Part shown: positions 26,635-35,711 of the stretch, one piece after another
Layout of the letters: the number at the start of each line of letters is the position of its first letter
Numbering within the stretch: position 1 is the stretch's first letter
Assembly (NCBI GenBank): GCA_964452945.1
Contig: CAYVOB010000001.1
Location: forward strand, 1-57,301
Direction: 5' to 3'
Source of the DNA: an uncultured Bdellovibrionales bacterium
GTDB taxonomy: Bacteria > Bdellovibrionota > JAFGOL01
DNA length: 57,301 nucleotides
Made by a program: the position numbers and the translations under genes
The notes under the pieces: model-generated
Databases searched by the model: none
What the model saw: the letters and a program-made list of their open reading frames with translations, nothing else
Told to the model about the DNA's origin: nothing

Positions 26635-28101
26635 TTATTCCTGTAAGGATATTTCGTACTGTTCGTGGTGGAGCTCCTTGTCTGATTCAAAGATTATGGA
26701 CTTTTTGAACTTTTGCTCCATAAGCCTTACAAGGCTTTTCTCGTTCTGGTAGATGTAATCGACCACATTAGGGTTAAGATATACTGTGATCTTTTTGATA
26801 TCAGGATCAAAGGCATAGCGCTCCAACTCCCTAAAAACCTCGTGACTAACCGTCCTGTAAGACCTGTTGAACCCTTTACCCTCACAATAAGGACACGGGG
26901 CACAAATATTCTTGGTTATGCTTTCACGAGTCCTTTTTCTTGTCATTTCAACAAGACCAAGCTCAGAAAAACCGAAAACATTGGTCTTAACCTTATCTTT
27001 CTTTAGAGAATCCTTAAGGGACGTTAAGACCCTGTCTTTGTGATCCTTCTTTTCCATGTCGATAAAATCAATGATGATGATGCCTCCAAGGTTCCTCAGT
27101 CTTAACTGATAAGCGATCTCCTTTGCAGCCTCTAGATTGGTCTTTAATATGGTTTCTTCAAGGTTCTTTGACCCTACAAATCTACCGGTATTAACATCTA
27201 TAATAACTGCAGCCTCGGCCTGATCTATTATTATGTAGCCACCAGATTTTAACCAAACCCTCTTGTCAAGCGCCCTCTCTATTTCATGCTCAACACCATA
27301 AGTCTGGAATACAGGTTCTTCTCCATCGTAGAATTCCACTATCTTCTTTGACCGCTGATTGTATTGTCCCATGTATTTTATTAATTTTTTATAGGTTTCC
27401 TGATTATCTACGACTATCTTATCTACACCGTCTGTAAGTATATCCCTAAGGAACCTCAAACTTGCATCAACCTCACTGTGTAACAGGCCTTTTTTGGACA
27501 ACCTTGCTTTCTTTTTATTGATTTCTGCCCACTGTTTGCTTAGCAGGTCATAATCTTTTTTTAACAGCTTTGGTGAGACAGAAATACTCGCTGTTCTTGC
27601 AATAAGCCCAAAGGAGTCCAAATCAAAAAGTTCAGATAGGGCTTTCTTCAATCTACTGCGATCTTCCTTTTTTTCTATCTTCCTGGAAATACCTATAGTT
27701 GGTGTCAACGGTGCAAGGACCAAGTAACGCCCGGCTAATGTTATATTCGTAGTAACACGTGGCCCTTTTGTTCCAATAGGCTCCTTGGATATCTGCACCA
27801 ATACCTCTTGGCCCTCTTTCAAAATATCAGAGATATCATTATTGATCTCTCCCTCAAAGTCTACATCTTCACCAAGCTTGCGAATATCGGCTATGCTCAA
27901 AAAGGCCGCTTTTTCCATACCTATATCTATAAATGCAGAATCCATTCCAGGCAAAACCCTTATAACAACACCCTTGTAAATGTTGCCAACAAGCATGTTG
28001 TCTGAGATCCTTTCAACATAAAGTTCTACAAGATCGTCGCTCTCTAATAGTGCGACTCTTGTTTCGTATACCCTATCATTAACTACTAAAGTGGACGCCA
28101 T
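26635..28101 (-). CDS. rng: ribonuclease G/E family endoribonuclease
   Basis: 488 aa. S1 domain (GNIYKGVVIRVLPGMDSAFIDIG), DNase-I-like part (GGIIIIDFIDM) and Zn-link CPxCxG (CAPCPYCEGKG). Confidence 0.85.
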   Translation of the reverse strand: MASTLVVNDRVYETRVALLESDDLVELYVERISDNMLVGNIYKGVVIRVLPGMDSAFIDIGMEKAAFLSIADIRKLGEDVDFEGEINNDISDILKEGQEVLVQISKEPIGTKGPRVTTNITLAGRYLVLAPLTPTIGISRKIEKKEDRSRLKKALSELFDLDSFGLIARTASISVSPKLLKKDYDLLSKQWAEINKKKARLSKKGLLHSEVDASLRFLRDILTDGVDKIVVDNQETYKKLIKYMGQYNQRSKKIVEFYDGEEPVFQTYGVEHEIERALDKRVWLKSGGYIIIDQAEAAVIIDVNTGRFVGSKNLEETILKTNLEAAKEIAYQLRLRNLGGIIIIDFIDMEKKDHKDRVLTSLKDSLKKDKVKTNVFGFSELGLVEMTRKRTRESITKNICAPCPYCEGKGFNRSYRTVSHEVFRELERYAFDPDIKKITVYLNPNVVDYIYQNEKSLVRLMEQKFKKSIIFESDKELHHEQYEISLQE

Positions 28102-30541
28102 TCAAAACTACCTCTTTCCTAACAAGGACAAACTGACTCTCCTCAACATCAGGGAACACAGCTTTCAATATCTCTGATGGTTTTAAGGTCTTACCACCCC
28201 TAAACAGAATTTCAAAGTCCATAATTAGACATCCATTGGACTCGCTAAAGGAAAAGCACTTGAGATAATCTGAAAGTCGCTCTCTTCTCTGCTCACCTTT
28301 TCTTTGTACTATGATATCCACATTCGGATCGAATGAATGGGAACTGTTGCCGCTATATCCTCCCAAATAAGCACGCCAGATCACTGATTCCATCCCTTGA
28401 TATATCGAGGGTTCTGACAGTGGAATGGTATTAACCCTGGTGAAAGATAGTTCTTGGGGCAATTGTTCATTCATCCTTGAAACAAATTCTTTTGTATCCA
28501 TTTCTTTATACATTAATATATCCACAAGCTCTGCCCTTGATTCTATGCCCATACCAACTGGAGGCGAGAATGACAAAAGCAGTGTAGGCTTAAAGCCTTT
28601 TGAGACAGTCACAGGAATTCCCGCTCTGAGTAGTGCTTTTTCAATAGTGTTCATCAGTTCGAAATGCCCCATCCACACAAAACGTCCTGTCTTCTGATAC
28701 AGACATCTTACCCGGAGTTTTTTTTGATTGTTCGAGACGCAATTGGCATAGTTACTCTTGAGATCTATTTTACCTAAATCAATATCGCCAGAGACTTTGT
28801 TTGTGACTTTATAAGACGCACACACGCCACACGAGGAGCAAAGACCGAAAGTACAGTGCGGTGTTTCCTTCATCCCATATGCAGCATCTCGTTCCTTCTT
28901 CAGCCATTCAGGACTTATACCAGTATAGATATTCGACCATGGAAGCTTTTCATCAAGTACCCTTTCCCTTAAAAAATCATCCAGACAAAGACCTACATCC
29001 AATAACGCGTTCATCCATTTTGAATGATCGAAAACTCCGCCCCATGCACTAAACAACTCTCCTCTTTTATAGGCCGCATAAATAACATCTCCCAGACGAG
29101 TATCACCCCTGGAGAAAAGCCCTTCTACTTCACTCATCTTTGGATCATTCCACTTTAAGCTTATTTTCTTATCTCTGATAGAACTTTTAAGCTTTGATAA
29201 TTTCCTTTCAAATTCGCTTGAACTTATTTGTCTCTCCCATTGGAAAGGGGTATGAGACTTTGGAACGAAATTAGAGAAACTCACGACCAGTCTTGTTTTA
29301 TTATTCTTTATCTCTTTGCTCATCCTGTATATCAGATCGATCATAGCATCGATATCTTCATCTGTTTCTGTAGGGAGCCCGAGCATAAAATATGCTTTTA
29401 TGCTCGACCAGCCAAGTTCAGAAGCAGTACGTACCGTAGCAAGTATTTCCTCATCTGTAATATTTTTGTTGATAACAGCCCTTAATCTGGTACTGCCAGC
29501 CTCTGGAGCAATAGTAAACCCAGATTTTGGCAACAAAGAAAGAATACCCATAAAAGACTTGCTAATACTTTCTATTCTTAAAGAAGGTAGGGATATATAT
29601 ATGCCTCTACCACAAAAATGTTTTTGTAACACTTCAATCACAGAAGGTAATGGAGGATAATCGCACGCGTTCAAGGATAAAAAACCAACCTCACGGTAAC
29701 CTGTAGTCACAATATCCTTTTCTATATTATCCAGGATGAACTCTGGTCTCTTTTGTCGAACCGGTCTATAGATCATGCCTGCTTGGCAGAACCTACATCC
29801 TCGATTACAGCCTCTTTGAAGTTCGTAAGCAACTCTGTCGTGAACAAGTTGCATATAAGGGACCAACGGGTGTTTAATGGCAGGGGAGTCATTCAGGTCC
29901 TTTACAAGCCTCTTTTTAACCACATGATCAATTGCATGTATAGATGGCACATATATCCCGTCCTTTTTTGACAACTCATATAGACGTTGCTTTCGGTCCT
30001 TTGTCCCAGATAGTACTTCCATTATCTCAACAATAAGATCTTCTCCTTCACCTATTGCAAAAACATCTATGAATCTCATCATGGGCGAGGGATTGAAAAC
30101 TGCACCACCACCGGCTATCACCAGCGGGCCCTTATCCCTTTTTTCTGCGAATATCTCTAACCCGCCAAGCTCAAGCATAGCCAACACATTAGTAAAGCAC
30201 ATTTCGTGTTGCAGAGAAAAACCTACAGCATCAAATTCATCAAAACATTTACCGCTCTCCAGAGAACAGAGCCTTACTCCTTTGTTTCGCAACTCATCCA
30301 GGGCATCCTTCCATGGCATATAGACCCTTTCCATGGAATAAGGAGTTTGAAAATTTATTTTTTCATAAAGTATCCTAGAACCAAAATTAGACATCCCTAT
30401 TTCGTACACGTCGGGGAACGCCAATAATATTGACGCAGGGGCATCCTGTTTTACTATAGAATTGATCTCTCCGCCTATATATCTAAGCGGCTGTTCTATC
30501 TTTTTATTAAGAAAGCTGAATTGTTTCTGTTTCATTCTCAT
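28079..30541 (-). CDS. radical SAM protein fused to a DUF2344-like C-terminal domain
   Basis: 820 aa. B12-binding-like N-terminal region, CNRGCRFCQAG (CxxxCxxC) cluster motif, and a long C-terminal extension. The true start is probably a few codons in (MKQKQF). Confidence 0.75.
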   Translation of the reverse strand: MRMKQKQFSFLNKKIEQPLRYIGGEINSIVKQDAPASILLAFPDVYEIGMSNFGSRILYEKINFQTPYSMERVYMPWKDALDELRNKGVRLCSLESGKCFDEFDAVGFSLQHEMCFTNVLAMLELGGLEIFAEKRDKGPLVIAGGGAVFNPSPMMRFIDVFAIGEGEDLIVEIMEVLSGTKDRKQRLYELSKKDGIYVPSIHAIDHVVKKRLVKDLNDSPAIKHPLVPYMQLVHDRVAYELQRGCNRGCRFCQAGMIYRPVRQKRPEFILDNIEKDIVTTGYREVGFLSLNACDYPPLPSVIEVLQKHFCGRGIYISLPSLRIESISKSFMGILSLLPKSGFTIAPEAGSTRLRAVINKNITDEEILATVRTASELGWSSIKAYFMLGLPTETDEDIDAMIDLIYRMSKEIKNNKTRLVVSFSNFVPKSHTPFQWERQISSSEFERKLSKLKSSIRDKKISLKWNDPKMSEVEGLFSRGDTRLGDVIYAAYKRGELFSAWGGVFDHSKWMNALLDVGLCLDDFLRERVLDEKLPWSNIYTGISPEWLKKERDAAYGMKETPHCTFGLCSSCGVCASYKVTNKVSGDIDLGKIDLKSNYANCVSNNQKKLRVRCLYQKTGRFVWMGHFELMNTIEKALLRAGIPVTVSKGFKPTLLLSFSPPVGMGIESRAELVDILMYKEMDTKEFVSRMNEQLPQELSFTRVNTIPLSEPSIYQGMESVIWRAYLGGYSGNSSHSFDPNVDIIVQRKGEQRRERLSDYLKCFSFSESNGCLIMDFEILFRGGKTLKPSEILKAVFPDVEESQFVLVRKEVVLNGVHFSS

Positions 30542-30830
30542 ACCTAAAAATATCGTTAACCTCGTTAAAGACCCTAACCTCTGCCAAAGATTCTATTAAA
30601 TTCGATATTTGTGTGAAGGCTGTTCTTATAAGCTCATCATTACTAGAGACCATAGAGACCGCTATTGCGCTCCTTTGAAGCTTTTCATCCTCGTCAACCT
30701 CTGCAAAGGAGACATTGAACCTGTTCCTTATGGTGTCCCTAAGCTTTCTCATTATTTGCCTCTTGTCCTTTAGGGATGCGTTCTCCGGCATCAAAAATGA
30801 GATCCTTTTAACTCCGACCATAGTATGCAT
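30507..30830 (-). CDS. DUF503 (YlxP-like) protein
   Basis: 107 aa. The pattern GVKRISFLMPENASLKDKRQIMRKLRDTIRNRFNVSFAEVDEDEKLQRSAIAVSMVS matches the DUF503 consensus as I remember it. Confidence 0.65.
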   Translation of the reverse strand: MHTMVGVKRISFLMPENASLKDKRQIMRKLRDTIRNRFNVSFAEVDEDEKLQRSAIAVSMVSSNDELIRTAFTQISNLIESLAEVRVFNEVNDIFRYENETETIQLS

Positions 30831-30842
30831 AACAAGCCCCCG

Positions 30843-31511
30843 TTATCTTATATATCCGAACATATTATCCAGAGTAAGCGTGCTCATAGCTTCAATCTTA
30901 TCACCGCTGTTAGGGCAAACAAAATTTAAGTTCTTAGATATGAGCATCAACGAAGGATAATCATCCATATCCTTTCCATAAAGCCTGTCACCACATATAG
31001 GATGCATCATACTAGCAAGATGCACCCTTATCTGATGTCTAACCCCTGTTCTTGCACTTAACTCAAGATCAGTAGAATCTGGTCTTCTACTTATGACCTT
31101 CCACTCTGTAACAGCTTCTCTTGGGTTTCCCCTAAAGATCCTATAACCTTCTTTTACCACAATCATCTTCTTCTCGCTTTTTGCCGAATGAGCTATTTGA
31201 AGATCTACTATGCCACCATCGCCATTTACACTGCCTCTTACCCTGGCAAGATATTTTTTACAGACCTTCCTCTCTGAAAAAAGTTCTCTTAGTTTTAAGT
31301 AGTAAGGTTCATTCTTCGCTATCAGTATAAGACCAAGCGTTTCATTATCTAGACGGTGTGTAAAACCACAGTCTTTTAATCCCTTAAGGTAAGGGAACTC
31401 CAACAAGACCTCGTCAGATAATCCGCCATTCAAACCCTGTCTTAAAGTTGGAACAGGAACAAGCTTATCTATGATCAGCACATCGTTGTTCTCGTATACG
31501 ACCCTATACAT
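30843..31511 (-). CDS. RluA-family pseudouridine synthase (no S4 domain)
   Basis: 222 aa. Catalytic motif HRLDNETLGLILIAKN; downstream motifs GVRHQIRVHLA and PICGDRLYG. Confidence 0.8.
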   Translation of the reverse strand: MYRVVYENNDVLIIDKLVPVPTLRQGLNGGLSDEVLLEFPYLKGLKDCGFTHRLDNETLGLILIAKNEPYYLKLRELFSERKVCKKYLARVRGSVNGDGGIVDLQIAHSAKSEKKMIVVKEGYRIFRGNPREAVTEWKVISRRPDSTDLELSARTGVRHQIRVHLASMMHPICGDRLYGKDMDDYPSLMLISKNLNFVCPNSGDKIEAMSTLTLDNMFGYIR

Positions 31512-31569
31512 AATGTTCTCCTAAAAGCCTTTTACTGCAAAAAGCTATTTTTAGCCATAACTTCATGTC

Positions 31570-31597
31570 TTGACAGCCTATTGTATGGGACTATTAT
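31570..31597 (+). promoter_or_regulatory. sigma-70-like promoter (TTGACA-16 nt-TATTAT) ending 7 nt before the ATG
   Basis: Read directly from the sequence. Its position implies a leaderless or nearly leaderless transcript for the TrpD-like gene, and no Shine-Dalgarno sequence is visible. Confidence 0.4.
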
Positions 31598-31604
31598 TCG
31601 CCTT

Positions 31605-32630
31605 ATGGATTACGCTGAATCAAAATATCTGCACAAACTGGTAGAACATGCTTCGTTGAACTTTGAAGAAAGCCAGGCCTTAATGCAAAAATTCCTATCC
31701 GGGGATTTTAACACAAGGATAGCCTCCTCTATACTCTCCATAATATCCTTTAAAGGTGAACAACCCGACGAATTGGCTGGTTTTGCAACCGCCTTGACAG
31801 AACAAATGAAAAAGTTCAACTCTCCTTACGAAAATCTAATTGATGTGGTAGGTACCGGAGGGGATTTCAAGAACACATTCAATATATCAACTATATCGGG
31901 CATCATACTATCGATACTCGGAGTAAAAGTAGCAAAGCAGGTAAGACTTTCATCTACTTCCGGCTGCGGAAGTGGAGACATACTAAAGTTCCTTGGCGTT
32001 AACATCAATGCAGACTATGAAAAGAAAAAGGCCTGTTTGGACCAAGAGAACATCGTAATACTTGGCAATCAGGATTACTACAGCGTTCTTGATCCCATCA
32101 GGAACATAGAACGCGAATTAGGTTTTTCTACTATCCTTGGCATGCTTCCAGCGATCTGCCATCCGGCTAAAGTAAGAAAGCTGATAATAGGTACTCCAGA
32201 CAGAATAAGAGCTTCCTTGATAGCAAAAGCGTACGAGATAATGGGTTTTGAAAAGGTGTATGTACTTTGGAACGAAGAGGGCTACGACGAGATAGTCCCA
32301 ATAGGACTCACAAGGGTTTTCATCGTCGAAAAGAACACTCCAAAAAAAGAGATAAGTTTAACCGCAAATGACTTCGCTCTCTCAGGCAATTATAAAGTAG
32401 GTACTATAATTAGAGGAGGAACACTGGAGGCTAACGTTCAAGCTTTAGACGAAGTAGACAGTTTAATACCAGGCATAGCCCTGGACACCGTTATAATGAA
32501 CACCTCTTTAGGCTTGCGACTTTCTGGTACAGTGTCATCTCTTAAGCAGGGAACCGAGATGATCAAAAGTACTTTAAAGAAAGGTGATATCCGACAAAAA
32601 ATAGAACGGATCGCGGCCCTTACTAACTAG
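31605..32630 (+). CDS. divergent anthranilate phosphoribosyltransferase-like (glycosyl transferase family 3) protein
   Basis: VVGTGGDFKNTFNISTIS matches the TrpD GTGGD..TFNIST motif, but the KHGN(R) motif reads KQVR. I set the start at the ATG 31605 (MDYAESKY). The track start at 31581 is a TTG inside the putative promoter. Confidence 0.6.
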   Translation: MDYAESKYLHKLVEHASLNFEESQALMQKFLSGDFNTRIASSILSIISFKGEQPDELAGFATALTEQMKKFNSPYENLIDVVGTGGDFKNTFNISTISGIILSILGVKVAKQVRLSSTSGCGSGDILKFLGVNINADYEKKKACLDQENIVILGNQDYYSVLDPIRNIERELGFSTILGMLPAICHPAKVRKLIIGTPDRIRASLIAKAYEIMGFEKVYVLWNEEGYDEIVPIGLTRVFIVEKNTPKKEISLTANDFALSGNYKVGTIIRGGTLEANVQALDEVDSLIPGIALDTVIMNTSLGLRLSGTVSSLKQGTEMIKSTLKKGDIRQKIERIAALTN

Positions 32631-35201
32631 CTAGTAAATAAGCACCCTATTATTCCCTTTATCGACCACATAAATAACACCATCCTTGATGGATATTGAT
32701 GAAGGTGCGGCTAGAGTATAGCTATTAGGAATACCTGTAGGATAATTACGCCCAGAAGAACTAAAAGTTGCTTGTCCAAGAACTCCTTCCGCAGACGACA
32801 GGCCTTTGTTAATATTGAAGAACAGGATCCTGTTATTACCAGTATCACACACATAGAGCTTACCGTCGCTAACCAATATCGTTCTAGGCTCCTTAAAGGA
32901 CATAGCAGAAACCCTGCCACCTCTATTAGGTTTTGCATCTTTGAATTTTTCCTGACCAAGAACTTCATCTGCATGCCAGCCGTTCATAGTAGGTATCTGT
33001 TTGAATAAAAGAACCCTATTATTACCGGTATCAGAAACGTATAATGAATTACCGTCACTATAAATGCCTGACGGTAAATTCATTGTGTTGTAGTTTGGGT
33101 CTTCTTGTCCCCTGTTAGGTGATACGTCTGTAAGATTTGACTGCCCAAGCACAACATCAAACATTTGTTTTTGTGTTTTAGGGAATGTGTTCCATATAAG
33201 AAGCCTGTTATTGCCAGTATCTGCGATAAAAAGTTTTAGACCATCAAAAAAAACAGCTCGTGGTTCCTTAAAATAACCTTCTATAACCATATTCGGTGAC
33301 GAATCCTCATTCATAGGAAGGTTATATACCAGAACTCTGTTATTACCTGTGTCAGTAACAAATAGTTTTTTATCTGCAATAAAAAGAGCAGTTGGCATTT
33401 TTAGCCCGTTGTTAACTATGAACTCAGGATTGGCACCATAATTATCTGGGACCCTATCCCAATACATTATCCTGTTATTAACGGAATCGGAAACATATAT
33501 TCCACCACCCTCATCTACAGCGACTGAATAGGGACTATCAAATCCATTAACTTTTAAGGAATCATCTCCCCATAGATTCCTTAGGTCATGTCCAAAACTA
33601 TACTGTCCAACAACAACTGATGCTGACATTGAAGGTACATTTTTCCTTTTTTCTACAGGGACCATCTCAAAGAATTCTATGTTACCTACTCTACCGCTAC
33701 CGCGGACCAGAAAATATTTACAAGAAGAATAACCGGCACTTTTTAGCAACAGCTTAACATCGCTGGAAAGATCCCTAATAATAGTATGCCATCTTCTATC
33801 GGTCTTTGTCTCGCCCAAGCCTATATAAAGTTCGTTATCCTTGATCCTAACATAATCTGTGGGCATAGAGACGTAATGGACATATCGGGCAACACCATCA
33901 CTCTCTATCGCCAACATAATATCGAATATCTCAGAAAAGCGCATATCCCATCTGATTATTGGCTTCCCGCTAGATTCTGAAAAAGCACCATTCTTGCCAG
34001 AATATCGATAACCATTCTTGAGGGATTCTCCATAAAACTCAGCAACTTCACCTTTCTCAAGATCATTCAATGGAGTTATCTTAGCTCCACTAGGATCATC
34101 GTCGTAAACTTCCCATCCCTTAATGGAATCATGTTCAAAAGGCATCTCCATTAAAAGCCTTATATCAGACAAAGCACCTTTTCCTTTCAATAATATCGCA
34201 CCTATTTTGATTGGATCTGCATTGGGGAAAACCCTCTTAAGGTCCTCGTTTATATCCCTTGTAAATGCATGCCATTGATTATCAACGGAATAGTAGCCAA
34301 GACCGTAATGTACCATTTTTGTTTTGGGGTCATAAAGTTTACTTTTATTCTCGTCATCATATACAAGTATGTAACGACCCTTTGTTGATTCAACTATGAC
34401 GTAGAACTTGTAATCATCTTGCATTTTCATCTTCCATTGCAGAATAGGGGTAAGAGTAAGGTCCCACACCCCAGAACTGCGTTGAAGCTGAAATGTTGTA
34501 TTGTTTATTCCAGAATCTATAGTAACAACATCACCTAATACCTTATCGTAATCGACGTTAATGGAACCGCCCTTCCCTAGGCGTTTCCAGCTTTTGGTAC
34601 CAGACGAACCACTGACCACAAGAACATCTACCGGTTTTTTGTCCATAACCTTTATATCGTCTATATAACCTGCACCTTTAAAAGAAACAGAGTTTATACT
34701 TTGTATCTTAACATTGGGGACCATAGAACCCAGGTCGTCCTGTAGATCCCTTGTAACGGTATGCCAATTGCCGTCGTTAAATCTTGTACCAAGACCAAAA
34801 TGTATATATTTATCTTTATTGTTGACCTTCTCACTCAGATCACTATACAAAAGATGTTTTTTGCCCTCGTTGGTACTGACTTCAACATCCACTATAAATG
34901 GCTCTTTATACTTCATCTTCCATTGTAGGACATTCTTGCCCGGAGGAGCAAGGGGAACGCCTTTGTTTCCGCTGAAGACAAAACTGTTATGAAGGCCCAG
35001 GCCATTCAATTTTATGACATATCCTCTTCCTTTCTCACCGGATATATAATCAACTCCAGTAGTATCCGTGATAGGACCATCTGTTGACCATCTGGCCATC
35101 TTTGGCTTCTGTCCATCGTCTAAGATGACAACGCTTTTAGTGTTTTGTGCATCGATCGATGAAAGCAATAGTACAGTTATTAAATAGAATAATGTGGTCA
35201 T
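32631..35201 (-). CDS. secreted protein: three tandem unassigned domains plus a six-bladed NHL-repeat beta-propeller
   Basis: 856 aa with a signal peptide. There are three modules of about 150 aa sharing (I/V)LQWKM..., (H/Y)(F/Y)GLG....WH..TRD(L/I). Six NHL blades follow (YVSDSVNNRIMYW, FVTDTGNNRVLVY, FIADTGNNRLLIW, YVSDTGNNRVLLF, YVCDTGNNRILFF, YVVDKGNNRVLIY). Confidence 0.8.
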   Translation of the reverse strand: MTTLFYLITVLLLSSIDAQNTKSVVILDDGQKPKMARWSTDGPITDTTGVDYISGEKGRGYVIKLNGLGLHNSFVFSGNKGVPLAPPGKNVLQWKMKYKEPFIVDVEVSTNEGKKHLLYSDLSEKVNNKDKYIHFGLGTRFNDGNWHTVTRDLQDDLGSMVPNVKIQSINSVSFKGAGYIDDIKVMDKKPVDVLVVSGSSGTKSWKRLGKGGSINVDYDKVLGDVVTIDSGINNTTFQLQRSSGVWDLTLTPILQWKMKMQDDYKFYVIVESTKGRYILVYDDENKSKLYDPKTKMVHYGLGYYSVDNQWHAFTRDINEDLKRVFPNADPIKIGAILLKGKGALSDIRLLMEMPFEHDSIKGWEVYDDDPSGAKITPLNDLEKGEVAEFYGESLKNGYRYSGKNGAFSESSGKPIIRWDMRFSEIFDIMLAIESDGVARYVHYVSMPTDYVRIKDNELYIGLGETKTDRRWHTIIRDLSSDVKLLLKSAGYSSCKYFLVRGSGRVGNIEFFEMVPVEKRKNVPSMSASVVVGQYSFGHDLRNLWGDDSLKVNGFDSPYSVAVDEGGGIYVSDSVNNRIMYWDRVPDNYGANPEFIVNNGLKMPTALFIADKKLFVTDTGNNRVLVYNLPMNEDSSPNMVIEGYFKEPRAVFFDGLKLFIADTGNNRLLIWNTFPKTQKQMFDVVLGQSNLTDVSPNRGQEDPNYNTMNLPSGIYSDGNSLYVSDTGNNRVLLFKQIPTMNGWHADEVLGQEKFKDAKPNRGGRVSAMSFKEPRTILVSDGKLYVCDTGNNRILFFNINKGLSSAEGVLGQATFSSSGRNYPTGIPNSYTLAAPSSISIKDGVIYVVDKGNNRVLIY

Positions 35202-35234
35202 AATGTCCCAATAATATCATGTAGCCAGGCAAAG

Positions 35235-35711
35235 TCATCTACTGCTTATTTGCCGCATGGCCTCATAAGCAGCTATCGCCACAGAACTAGACAGGTTCAA
35301 CGACCTTACATTAACGGTCTGCATTGGTATTTTAATAAGTTGTTCATGATATATTGATCTGACAACATCACAAAACCCCTTGTCCTCCGGTCCAAAAACA
35401 AGAACGTCACCCTCCCTAAAATTAACATCAAAAAGGCTCTTGTTACTCGTTTTTGAAAAAAAGAAGATCCTTGATATATCCTGTTGCTGCCTAACAAAGG
35501 AGTCTAGGTCTTTATGTATAAAAAGTCTCACGTGTTCCCAATAATCTAGCCCGGCCCTTTTTAAACTCTTGTCATCCAGCTTAAAACCTATTTTGCCTAT
35601 CAGATGGAGTTCAAGATCGTTCGCTGCACACAGACGAGCAATGTTGCCGGTATTAGGTGGTATCCTTGGGTCAACAAGAGCTATCTTTAAAAAAACCTTG
35701 TTCAATGTCAT
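35235..35711 (-). CDS. trmL: tRNA (cytidine/uridine-2'-O)-methyltransferase TrmL (SpoU family)
   Basis: 158 aa. It is near-collinear with E. coli TrmL: [37 protein letters not shown]....[19 protein letters not shown]. Confidence 0.85.
   Translation of the reverse strand: MTLNKVFLKIALVDPRIPPNTGNIARLCAANDLELHLIGKIGFKLDDKSLKRAGLDYWEHVRLFIHKDLDSFVRQQQDISRIFFFSKTSNKSLFDVNFREGDVLVFGPEDKGFCDVVRSIYHEQLIKIPMQTVNVRSLNLSSSVAIAAYEAMRQISSR

Noticed and set aside
31581-32630. The TrpD-like gene as part of a tryptophan operon.
   Set aside because: No trpE/G/C/F/B/A genes are adjacent, and key catalytic motifs are substituted.
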